Below, piece by piece: positions 12,662 to 24,108 of a DNA stretch of 64,000 nucleotides (within the stretch, counting starts at the first letter, position 1; every line of letters begins with the position of its first letter). Under the pieces are notes generated by a model that saw nothing but the letters and a program-made list of their open reading frames with translations, was not told the origin of the DNA and did not search any database. Source of the DNA: Malacoraja senta (taxonomy: Eukaryota); the NCBI GenBank assembly GCA_038087875.1, contig JAXLNO010005297.1, forward strand, positions 248,001 to 312,000, read 5' to 3'. The position numbers and the translations under genes were made by a program.

Positions 12662-13286
12662 ACCCATTCCTTCTCTCCAGAGATGCTGCCTGTCCCGTTG
12701 AGTTACTCCAGCATTTTGTGTCTATCTTCAGTCTGAACAAGGATCCCGATCCGAAATGTCTTCTGTCCATTCCGTCCACAGATGCCCGCTTAGTTCCACC
12801 AGATAACTAATGTGCCCGCCACTGCAGCCCCGGAGTGTCACCGATCCGCGTGCTGCAGAAATGCTGCCTGACCCGCTGAGTTACTCCAGCACTTCGTACC
12901 AATCCACGTTCACCAGACATGCTGCCTGACCCAATGAGTTACTCCAGCACTTTGTAACTGTCTACGTTCTCCAGAGATTCTGCTTGACCCGCTGAGTTGC
13001 TCCAGCTCTTTGTGTCCTTCTCTTCTTAAAATATATTTTCATTCAGTTCAAGAGCTCTCACCAACCATAATCAATTACCTCGACATCAATTTTCGGGGCA
13101 ATAAGAAAACATAACTTTATTAACTGCCAGTTTCCAACCGCATCTTTAAAACGTGCTGTATGTGTTGTTGATATCCCAGAAATGCGATATTCCGCTGAAC
13201 ATTGGAATATTCCATTCCTACACTTTGATACATTGCCCAGTAGAGTATTCGGTGGGATTTTACGATCAGGAAATTCATATTCAATT

Positions 13287-13576
13287 TTTGTTTCGTTTCG
13301 AGATACAGCGTGCAAACAGGCCCCTCGGCCCACAGAGTTCGCGCCGACCAGCGAACACTCCGTACACGAACACTGTCCAACATACACTAGGAACAATTTA
13401 CAATTTTACTTAAGCCAATTAACCTCCACACCTGTACGTCTTTGGAGGGTGGGAGGAAACCGGAGCACCCGGAGGAAAACCCACGCAGGTCACGTGGAGA
13501 AATTAGAAACTCCCGAAGTCAGGATCGGACACGGGTCCTTCGCGCTGTTAGGCATCAACACTACCGCAGCGCCACC
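13287..13576 (-). mobile_element. HE1/V-SINE-type SINE
   Basis: Same head/core/tail as other copies. Confidence 0.8.
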
Positions 13577-14047
13577 TTGCAGTGATGTATCGTTGTGCAG
13601 CTTACTAGTTGCGGATATTCACCTTCGATGTTCGACCTTCATTGGAAAATGGCTACGGAGATGCCATTTCGGATGCATATTCTAAATGATCTTACGAAGT
13701 CGGCGTACCAGTCTTAAGCTACAATGTCATCTCGTCTTTCTATTGATTATTCTTGTCCAAATAGGATTTAAAGAGAACAAGTCGTTAACTAGACTACTTG
13801 CCTACACATTTAACAATCTGCTGCACTGGAGATTTTACCATGGTCTTCAATTCGTTTCTGAATTAGCTTTGGGTCACCGCATAAATAAATGTGTTAGTGC
13901 AGCAGCTCAGAAGAAGAAGCATGTAACCTGTTTCTTGGAGGATAAACAACGGGTCATTATATCCAGAGTAATAATACGTCTCGGTAATCCGAAAGTACAG
14001 GTAATTGACCGTGTATGTGAGCCATAGCAATATGAAGTTGCCGGATA

Positions 14048-14952
14048 GCTGTGAGGAGGATGCTAGGAGACTGCAAGGTGACTTGGATAGGCTGGGGGAG
14101 TGGGCAAATGTTTGGCAGATGCAGTATAATGTGGATAAATGTGAGGTTATCCACTTTGGTGGCAAAAACGGGAAGGCAGACTATTATCTAAATGGTGGCC
14201 GATTAGGAAATGGGGAGGTGCAGCGAGACCTGGGTGTCATGGTACACCAGTCATTGAAAGTAGGCATGCAGGTGCAGCAGGCAGTGAAGAAAGCGAATGG
14301 TATGTTGGCCTTCATAGCAAGAGGATTTGAGTATAGGAGCAGGGAGGTTCTACTGCAGTTGTACAGGGTCTTGGTGAGACCACACCTGGAGTATTGCGTA
14401 CAGTTTTGGTCTCCAAATCTGAGGAAGGACATTATAGCCATAGAGGGAGTGCAGAGAAGGTTCACCAGACTGATTCCTGGGATGTCAGGACTTTCATATG
14501 AAGAAAGACTGGATAGACTTGGCTTATACTCGCTAGAATTTAGGAGATTGAGAGGGGCTCTTATAGAAACGTACAAAATTCTTATGGGGTTGGACAGGCT
14601 AGATGCAGGAAGATTGTTCCCGATGTTGGGGAAGTCCAGGACAAGGGGTCACAGCTTAAGGATAAGGGGGAAATCCTTTAAGACCGAGATGAGGAAAAAC
14701 TTTTTCACACAGAGAGTGGTGAATCTCTGGAACTCTCTGCCACAGAGGGTAGTTGACGCCAGTTCATTGGCTATATTTAAGAGGGAGTTAGATGTGGCCC
14801 TTGAGGCTAAAGAGATCAGGGGGTATGGAGAGAAGGCAGGTACGGGATACTGAGTTGGATGATCAGCCATGATCATATTGAATGGCGTTGCAGGCTCGAA
14901 GGGCCGAATGGCCTACTCCTGCACCTATTTTCTATGTATCTATGTATCTATA
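14048..14952 (+). mobile_element. 5'-truncated CR1 LINE with open RT C-terminal frame, inserted in gene B exon 2
   Basis: Stop-free LQGDLDRLGEWA...[14 protein letters not shown]...RVVNLWNSLP to TGA 14853, 3' UTR, (TCTATGTA)n tail; possible ata TSD (14045-14047/14950-14952). Confidence 0.95.
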
Positions 14953-15653
14953 TACTGAAGAGCAGAATAATGGATTTCCTCCGGTTTTCCATTTCAGGGT
15001 CGGGGGAATTTTCCGCGCGCGCATTATCCCGCAACGCCTTGCGGACTCTGCTGGCCACGACGATGTACCTTACGGTCAGCGCATTCAGCAGCAAATTAAC
15101 AAAGGAGGGCAGGAACGGCGAGATGATGCAATCGAAGTCTGTAAAAGCTTGCCAGAAGGGTGAGTTGTGAAAATCTGACCTTCCACGGCAGTACCAGGGC
15201 AGGTTGTTGCTGAAATAAAGAGGGTCGTAGACAAAATACCAGGGGATGTTTTTCCAACAGCCCAACGCTGCCACGGTGCCCACAATATTAGCTGAAATTA
15301 TTTTGGTGCAGTATTTGGTTTTCAGGTTCTGACAGCAGATGGCGACAAAACGATCGAAGGTGAAGGCAACGGTCAACCAGACCGACGTGTCTCTGGATGC
15401 ATAGACCATCGGGGTCTTTATTCGACAGACCCAGGTGAGCGACAGGTAACTCCCGGGGAAGTAAATACCCGTGATGCGATGGAGTAGAACGCCGGTGATG
15501 ACCACGGTAAGATCGGACGCCGCCATGGCCACGAGGTAATGGGTGATGCACCTAGAAAGACCACACTTCCCCCGCGACAGGATCACAATAGCCACGATGT
15601 TAACTGTGTTGAATGCAGAAGCAAACACAAGTTATTGTTACGGGTTGCGTTGG

Positions 15654-16085
15654 AAGGAACTGCAGATGCTGGGTTAAACCGATGATAAACACAAAATGCT
15701 GGAGCAATTCAGTGGGACAGGCAGAATATCTGGATAGAAGGAATTGGTTACATTTCGGATCGAGGCCCTTCTTCAGTCTTCATCTTCCTCTGAAGAAGTG
15801 TCTCGACCCCACACGCTTTACCCAGAAGGCCGAGACCATTGTCCAGACTGAGAGTCAGGGGAAAGGGAAACGAGAGATATACACGGTGATATCGAGAGAT
15901 AAAGAACAATGAATGAACTGTACGCAAAAAAAGTTACGATAATAAAGTAATCAGGCCATTCATTGTTAGCTGTGATCTAGGTGGAAACGAGTTACAGTCA
16001 ATGAGACTCAACAAGACGAAGTTGAAGCTAGTACAACGACTTGGTGGGGGGTGGAGAGAGAGGGGATGCAAGGGTGTTACTTGAG
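15654..16085 (-). mobile_element. Penelope pseudo-LTR fragments with hammerhead motif (15749-15776) in gene B intron
   Basis: Reverse complement ctgaagaagggcctcgatccgaaatgta; a second partial plus-strand ctgaagaagtgtctcgaccc at 15790. Confidence 0.65.
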
Positions 16086-16496
16086 GTAATGCGTGGAAGT
16101 AGTAAAGTGTCTTCAAAGTGGTATGAGTCAAACTGCTGCCTGTAGACGCTCTATACAGTCTTTCACTGTTGCATTACAGCATAATAATCCTAATTCATTT
16201 CATTATTTTCCTTTGAACAATGCAATTCTTTGACGTTAATACATTTCCATCAATTTATTTATGGTCGATCGAAGAACCCAGTCCTAATGACCCAAACAGA
16301 ACGGAGAAACATAAAAGGAGACAAAGGTTGGATACCAGACGATGGAGCAAGCACCCGGACCTCTACCATGCTTACTCGATCACTGTCCTCGGTGTCCTTA
16401 GCTGTCGGTTGCGAAAGATTCGACGTTCCCACAGCCTAAAATATCGTTTGAGACTCAGAATGGCAGTTAAATGTTCTCCACACATTGAGAGAAAAT

Positions 16497-16810
16497 ATTT
16501 AGTTTAGTTTAGATTCTGTTTAGAGATACAGCGCGAAAACATGCCCTTCGGCCCATCGAGTCCACGCTGTGCAGCAGTCACCGCACACAAACACTATCCT
16601 ACGGACTGAGGATATTTTACAATTTTACCGAAGCCAATTAGTCTACAAACCTGTACGTCTTTGGAGTGTGGGTGGAATGCGGAGCAGCATCGGAGAAATC
16701 TCACGCAGGTGACGGGGAGAACGTAAAACTCCGTACAGACAGCACCTGTACACAGGATCGAACCCGGGAGTCTAGCGCTGTAAGGCAGCAACTTTACCGC
16801 TGCGCCACCA
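16497..16810 (-). mobile_element. HE1/V-SINE-type SINE in gene B intron
   Basis: A-box/B-box head, V core, CR1-like tail. Confidence 0.85.
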
Positions 16811-17749
16811 TGATGCCCTACCCTCTATACATCTTCATTGAAAAACACTTACTTTGAAATTATTCCCTCCCCTCAAGTTTCCCTTTAACAGAGAACCCTC
16901 CATTCAATCCACCCATCCCGTGCGAAATCGGAAATAATGTTAAACCCTCTTAGGTCTTTAAATGTAAGAAGCACATAAAATGAATATATCATAGATTCGG
17001 TCTTGCGTAAACATCATACCGAATGAACGTGATAATCCTTTCATCGTAAAAAAAATCTGAGAAGATTTTGCAATTTCTTTAATCCAATATTCACTTGATG
17101 AGAAAAAAAAATCCATAGCATTTCACAGAATATATGCAATAAACTGTCCAGACACTCGGATTATTTAACAAGATAAAGATCAAGATCGCATATTAAATCA
17201 GGTTTATATAACATGGTTTAATACCTGGGATCCCAAGAGCGGCCAAGATCGGATAATATATTGCATACACTGGGCCACTAGGGGGCTCATGCATCTTAAA
17301 CTGTATTACAGTTCCTCTGCCTGGATATATGATCTGGAAAGCAGTTTAAATATCTATCATAAAATCCCCAGTGATAACAATGGATTGAATGATTAGTGTC
17401 GTCAGTTCTACCCGTTTGCACAATCAAATTGGGAGAGCTAATATTATCACGTGCGAGTTGATCAGTTTGTTGGCACGTGATCAATGCAGAATACAACTTT
17501 GTTATTTCAAGGGGCAATCAACCCGAAAATGGAAGATGGAAGATGGCGCCATGACGCGCCTAATGTGAGTCTAAGCCTGAATCCGAACTCAGGACGTACG
17601 TGATACCGCCACTGACCTGGTGGCGAGAGGAGGCTGTGAAAATTCGATGATCCGCAGAGCGTTCAATTCCCCTTTACACAGGAAATTCGTGGTGCACAGG
17701 AAGAGGCAAGTCAAGTCTGTACCGATTCTAAATATGACCAACACAGCGA

Positions 17750-18150
17750 GTCATAGAGTCATACGGCGTGGGGAAAAAAGGCCCTTCGATCCAACTTGCC
17801 CACGCCGACCAACATGTCCCATCAACACTAGTCCCATCTGCCTGTGTTTGGCCCATCTCCTTCCAAACCTGTCCCGTCCATGGACCTGACCAATTGTTTC
17901 ACGAACGTTGCCATAGTCCGTGCCTCAACTACCTCCTCTGGCAGCTCGTGCCATACACCCACCACAATCTCTGTGAAAAGGTTGCTCCTCATATTTCTAA
18001 ATCGTTCGCCCTTCACCTTAAAAATGTGTCCTGTGGTTCTCGATTCCCGCACTTTGGGCAAGAGATTATATCCGTCTACCGGATCTATTCCTCTCATGAC
18101 ATTGTACATTTCTATAAGATCACCCCTCGTCCTCCTGCCCTCCAAAGAAT
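17750..18150 (-). mobile_element. CR1 3' fragment
   Basis: YSLEGRRTRGDLIEMY...VVGVWHELPEEVVEA. Confidence 0.85.
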
Positions 18151-18475
18151 AGCGTTCTGCTTCTTTCCCTCGCATCACACACAATAAATCATTTCTTCCA
18201 AATATCTATCATGCTTCATAGAACATGAACAATACAGCGCAAGAACAGGCCACTTGGCCCACAATGTCTCTGGCGAACATAATATCAATTTTAGCTATTC
18301 CACACTACCGGCACGTGATGCACATCCGACTGTTCCCTGCCACAGAGGGCAGTGGAGGCCAAATCACTGGATGGATTTAAGAGAGCGTTAGATAGAGCTC
18401 TGGGGGCTAGTGGAGTCAAGGGATATGGGGAGAAGGCAGGCACGGGTTATTGATAGGGGACGATCAGCCATGGTG

Positions 18476-19195
18476 TGGGGGGGGGGACTTTAAAATCTTT
18501 CCCCTGCACGGGAGACCCGACCTTTTCTTTGTCGGGTCTCCGTTGTTGTTGGGGCTGGGCAACGTGGAGCGGCCTCCAGCAGGAACGACCTGGGGCTCCA
18601 GTTGCGGAGTTGCGGACTACTCACCGTCACGGGGCTGGCCGAGTCCGGAGCGGGTGGAGCTGTGGTGGAAACAATCGCTGCTGCTACCCGACCGCCGGAG
18701 ATTCGGAGGCTACAACCGCGGGTCTGGCGGACGGCAACACTGGAAGCCCGCGGGTCCCTGGTGGGAGACCGCTTTTCGGGACTTCCACAGCGGCGACTTA
18801 TCCCGCCCGAATTGCGGGGTTGAAGAGCACCTGGAGCGGGGCTTTGCATCACCGCCCCGCACGGCTTGGAATGGCCGCGGGAGTTTGCGAGCGCGCGCCG
18901 GGGCTCTAACACGAAGACCCGGTGCGCGACCTTGCATCGACCGGCGTGGTTTAATGGCCGCGGGATAATCACCATCGCCGGCCGGGGGCTTTGACTTTGA
19001 CTCTGACATGGGGGGGGGGAGTGCAGTGGAGAGATACGTTGTTTTGCCTTCCATCACAGCTCTGTGATGGATGGATGTGTAAATTGTATTGTGTCTCGGG
19101 TCTTCTTCGTTTTGTATTGTATGGCTGCAGAAACGACATTTCGTTTGGACCATAACGGATCCAAATGACAAATAAATTGTATTGTATTGTATTGT
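18476..19195 (+). mobile_element. Unclassified GC-rich non-autonomous retroposon (family also at ~25030-25750, 36395-36725, 47880-48140, 61630-62220)
   Basis: Shared cgcgggtccct.gtgggagaccgcttttcgg body, ttgccttccatcacag hairpin, aatgacaaataaa and (TATTG)n tail. Confidence 0.6.
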
Positions 19196-22100
19196 TCTTA
19201 GTAGAGTGCCAGTCCATTTGTAACACACCAATCCTTGCAGTGCCCCAGTTAGGAAAGGGCCAGTATAGACTGGTTCAGGACTTAAGATATATCAACGCAA
19301 TAGTGGAACCGCTCCATGCCTTGGTGCTGAACCCGGTTCATATTTTAGCCTTGAATCCAACGGAAGCGATTTTTATTTCAATTGTAGACCTGCAGCATGC
19401 CTTCTACTCATTACCTCTGCACCGAAACAGACAGTAATTATTTGCCTTTACTTCAGGAGACAACGATATACGTGGACAAGACTACCTCATCGATATATTA
19501 ATTCGCCTGCTTTGTTTTCTCGATGTCTGCAAGGACCGTTAAGCACCTTAAGCTTTAAAATTAAATCCACACTGGTTCAATATGTGGACGACTTGTTAGT
19601 GGCTAGTTTAGATCAGCAGAGCAACTATGAGGATACTACTCAATTATTGAACCACTTGCCAACGTTATGCTATGTGGTCTTTCTGTCCAAAGTATTAATG
19701 ACTCGACGAAAAGTAAAATTCTTGGCAGTGATAATTTCAGACACGGAAAGAAGTCTAGAGAATAGTAGAACTGAACCAATTTGTGAATATCCTGTACCAA
19801 AAGAATCAAAGCAGACGAGACAGTGCCTCGGCATTGTGAACTTCTGCCGACCATGGATCCCTAATATTGCACTAGACACCAAGGACTTGACTCCTTATTC
19901 TAGCCTAGAGAGCGAATTTCAGTTTTACGAAGAAGGTCAGAAAGCTTTCGAGAATTTAATGAGATACTTAATGCAGGCTCCAGCACTAGGAAGACGACTC
20001 TATGATAGACCCTTCCAACATTTCTGTACCATCCTTTCCGAATGTTCAACTGCAGTCCTCACCCAAAAACATGAGGATAAGGACAGACCAGTGGCTTATT
20101 ATTCTTCGAAGCTTGACCCAGAAGCGAGAGAACACACAATATGCACACAGATATTAACAGCAATCTATAATAGTTTACAGTCTACTGCAAATCTGACCTT
20201 ACAGCAAGAGATAGTAGTGTTCAGTTCCTCTTCAGTGGCCCTCCTTGTTAGGACAACTACAAACTCAGCATCTGACAATGGCCCGTCAAAACAAATATGA
20301 AATCTATCTACTGAATAATCCAAGACTCCAGTTCAGATACTGTACAACTATTAATCCGGAATATTTCCTAATTTCACCACCGGAGGAACAGTCAGAATCA
20401 GGACATGACTGTTTATTTGTAATACAGGAAGAGACATCAGTGAGGGAAGATCTAAAGGACGCTCCTATAGCCGACCCTGATCTGACATTATACGTAGACT
20501 GAGGTGCATCTAATGGGCCCCAGGGAGAGAAGCTTTATGGACACGCTATTGTAGACTAGGATGGGAACAGTGTAGAAGCAGCTGCCTTCGAGTCACCCTT
20601 TTCAGCCCAACAGGCTGAGTTGATCGCTTTAATCAGAGCATGTATTATCGGAAGAGATCTTAAAGTAAACATATACACATATTCTGACTATGCATTTGGG
20701 GTAGTACACGATATTGGATAACAATGGAGGAATAGAGTATTCCTCACCACGGCAGGAATTCAAATATCTCACAAGTAATTGGTAACTGATTTCTTACAGG
20801 CTCTGCTGCTGCCCAAGCAAATTTCGGTAATGAAATGTAGTGCTCACACAAAGGGCCAGCCCCGGTAGACATGGGGAATCATTGTGCTGACCAAGCAGCA
20901 AAGGAGGTATCCCGGGAACTCATGGAGGTCATGACAAAGATGATGAGGCAGATACAAAGTTCATGTAGCAAGTCTCCCTCGGAAAGGCCAATGCCAACCA
21001 TCCAGCAAATTATTTAGTTGCAGGAGGAAGCTGCTGAAGTGGATATAAGATTATGGAAACAGCTTGGATGTACAATAGATTGCATGTCAAGATTGTGGGT
21101 TACTCCGGCAGGACAGACTTGTATGCCAGGTCCTCTTGCAGTTTGGGTTGTGGAGTGTATGCATTTTGTGACTCACTGTGGTGCGAGAGCAATTGGTGAT
21201 GTTCTTCCGGCTACTTGGTGGCATCCAGGCTTGCAGACTTTGACCCAGAAAATGAGCAGCAGCGGTATTATTTGTCGGAAATATAATCTTGGGAAAGGAG
21301 TGGGTTGTGAGCATGGAAGAACACCTTTACCCAAACTCTTCAAACTGTTTACATCGAGCTGGAGAAGTGCCAAGGATATAGGTATGTACTTGTGATTGTT
21401 GATGTATTCAGCACTTGGATTGAGGCCTACCCAACACTTGATAACAAAGCGGCTACTGTTGTCAAGGTGCTTTTGCGAGAAATTATCCCCAGATTCGGTA
21501 TTCCAATTCGGCTTAGCTCTCACAATGGTCCTCATTTCATTGGGCAAATTAACAAAGAATTATGTGAACAGCTGGGCATCCAGCAACAACTGCACTGTGC
21601 TTATCGACCACAGGCTGCTGGACTTGTCGAGAGAGAGAATCAGACCCTGAAAACCAAATTGGTTAAATTAAAGGCTGAGACAAGAATTAATTTGATTAAA
21701 TTGCGCCCTATAGTTTTAATTCAGTCATGTGTCACGCGTGCAGGGAAATCGAGACTAAGCCCAACTGAAATTGTATATGGGCGCCCCTTTAGAACTCCGT
21801 GGAATCAAAGTACTCCAAAGGTTGTCAATTTCCATCCCATGACTACAGAGATGATCAATTATGTTCTGACCTTGACTCGGGCATTAAGAGATTTGCATTC
21901 GAGTGTTCGAGCAGCAGACAGTGAATTACCCCCCTTGGTTTCTTCCATTAAGGTCAAGCCTGGTGATTTTGTGATGGTGAAGGAAAGGTTCGGAGGCTCG
22001 GTGGAAGGGATCTTATCAGGTTCACCTGACGACCCAGACTGCTGTTAAAGTAGAAGGAAGGAATGCGTGGGACCATCTTCACCATTCCAAAGGTATTTGT

Positions 22101-23121
22101 GGGAGAATTTGAGCTGCTAACTGATTTTCTTCAAGGAATTTCTTAGTATAGGGAAATCACAAACATCGAGCTGACGTGGTGGATCAAGAGAATCCTTGAC
22201 CAGGTAAACTCGGGAGGTGGAGACTCATCAGTCAGGAATCTTCGAAACTGTGCCCATGAAAACTCGGGAAGTTACTTGGAGTTCAGATGCAGCCACATCA
22301 CTATAATTGTCGAATTGTACACCGGGAACAGTTGTCATCTTACCTTGTTAGTTATCATATATGATTAAAAAAAAGGGGGGAATGTTAATATCAGAAATTG
22401 TGTGTACTTGGGAAATGGAGGATGTCTGTTTAAAAGATCTGTAACACCTGTTTGACATCTTGTGCAGAAAGCTGCAGAGCCATGTTGGCTCCGGAGAGTC
22501 TGAAGCCTGGGTAGGGGTTGCAGAGAGGTTTCTGTTCAGATGGCCTGCAAGTTGTTAATATATATGGGAGTCTGTAAAATGAGCTATGCACTGCTGCAAA
22601 CGTATGCTTCGAATTGGTTGAGGGAAATGTTATGTGTCAACTATGTTGCAGACTATGTTGCAGTGCCTTACTGCCGTTACTTGTGATTGATTTAGGAGAG
22701 TGGGCTCACTAAAGATGTTTCCTTATCTGGTGATAATGTTTCTTTACTTAATGGAAGTGTTTCTCCCCAAGTGCTATGTGTTGAAACTATGTTATGTACT
22801 GTTATATGATTGGGCCAAGGAGTTGTCATTCAATATGTCTTGCAGCCGGTATCGGTGATTGGCTTGTCGGGTTCCCTCCTCCATGTAATGTCACGCCCTT
22901 AGTTCGGAAGGGTATTAGAGGGTGTGTAATTCTTTGGGGTGGGTCGGGTGAATGTGACATCTGTTCTGTGTGCACGAGATATTGTTGTCTTGCGTGAGTG
23001 GATCGGCAACTCTCCCTGCAATTTGTTCTTCAATAAAGTAAGGTTTTGGAGCCAGAGTTTGACTTAGTGTTTCACTAAACCGGACTGAGGAGGGGGCATA
23101 AGTCTAGAACCGGAATTAACA
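19196..23121 (+). mobile_element. 5'-truncated, env-less class I (gamma/epsilon-like) endogenous retrovirus: degenerate pol + PPT + 3' LTR
   Basis: RT YRLVQDLR, DLQHAF, LVQYVDDLL; RPVAYYSSKLDP; RNase H SAQQAELIAL; integrase H..THC..CRKYN, VDVFSTWIEAYP, CAYRPQAAGLVER, RWKGSYQV..TTQTAVKV; PPT 22367-22382. Confidence 0.9.
22383..23121 (+). repeat. ERV 3' LTR (739 bp)
   Basis: Follows aaaaaaaagggggaa PPT; termini TGTTAAT...ATTAACA form a perfect 7-bp inverted repeat; AATAAA at 23032. Confidence 0.85.
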
Positions 23122-23800
23122 GCTTCATGGAAGGAAGCAGAGGGTGATGGTGGAGGATTGTTCTCGAACTGGAGGTCCGTGACTAATGGTGTTCAGTGCC
23201 GGGACAATTGCTGCGTGTCATCTATAGCAATGATTTGGGTGATGCGTACATGGCACGATTAGCATGTTTGCAGATGATACAAACGTGGGTGGTGCTGCAG
23301 ATGGAAAGGATGGATGTCAAAATCTGCAGCATTATCTTGATCGGATGGACAGGTGGGCTGAAGAATGGTTGAGGGAATTTAATACAGAGAAATGCAAGAT
23401 TTTGCATTGTGGGAAGTCCAACATGGCCATGACTTACACTGTTAATGGTAGGGTTCAGAGGTATGTTTTTCTAGCAGAGGGGTCCAGAGTGCAGCAACAT
23501 ATTTCCTTGAAGGTGGCATCAGAGGTAGATAGGGTGGACAAAAAAGATTTTGGTTCATTGGCTTTTATCAGTACGAGAATTCAGTATAGAAGTTGTGAGG
23601 CAATGTTGCAGTTATATAAGACATTGTTGAGGAGTATTGTGTTCCGTTCTCAGCACCGTGTTACAGGAATGACCTTGTCACGGTGGAAAGGTTACAGAGA
23701 AGGATACGAGGATGTTGCCAGGACTCGAGTGTTTGAGCTATTGGGAGATGTTGAGCAGGCGAGGTCTCTATTCATGGAGCGCAAGAAGATGAGGTGGTGA
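23122..23800 (+). mobile_element. Degenerate CR1 RT fragment (ERV target)
   Basis: LHGRKQRVMVE...MFADDT...WAEEWLREFNTEKCK. Confidence 0.85.
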
Positions 23801-23807
23801 TTCTATT

Positions 23808-24108
23808 GTTTTATAGGGATACATTGCGCAATCAGGCCCTACGGCCCACCGGGTCCGCGCCGACCAGTGATCCCCGTGCTTTAACACTATCTTACACCCA
23901 AATGTGAAAAAAATTTGTTTTTTACAGTCACCAAGTCAATTAAACCAACAAACATGTACGTCTTTGGAATGTGTGAGGAAACCGAAGATTCTCGGAAAAC
24001 CCACGCGGTCACGGGGAGAACATACAAACTCATATAGACAGCACCCGTAGTCAGGATCTAACCCGGGTTTCCAGCGCAGCATTTGCTATCAGGCAGCAAC
24101 TCTACCAC
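23808..24108 (-). mobile_element. HE1/V-SINE-type SINE
   Basis: Same family motifs. Confidence 0.8.

Larger units (their letters stand above)
10870..13020 (+). mobile_element. Fragmented Penelope-like element (RT C-terminal part + tandem pseudo-LTR), interrupted by two SINEs and a Tc1 fragment
   Basis: YVDV(YIDD-like)...WTISNT|SLPFL...STDIYYIPADPHVFLDYISSHP; pyrimidine-rich 3' region and repeated gatgctgcctgacccgctgagttactccagc units 12680-13010. Confidence 0.7.
13794..17294 (-). pseudogene. Gene B: GPR139-like GPCR pseudogene (exon 1 17294-17225; exon 2 15603-13794 split by CR1)
   Basis: Exon 1 MHEPPSGPVYAIYYPILAALGIP with donor CCAG|gtatt; acceptor acacag|TT. Removing CR1 14048-14952 restores FSI-SGNFILLW and a 975-nt frame. 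Extra TAA at 13863-13865 where the paralog has K (TQSKFR). Confidence 0.9.

Noticed and set aside
14005-14853. 282-aa ORF as a host or fusion gene
   Set aside because: It is a CR1 RT C-terminus read in from antisense GPCR sequence with a TTG start; it lacks the RT catalytic core.
18450-19231. Multiple long overlapping ORFs in GC-rich blocks (also 25167-25649, 43139-43612)
   Set aside because: Stop-codon scarcity in GC-rich repeats; no domain motifs and frames not conserved among copies.
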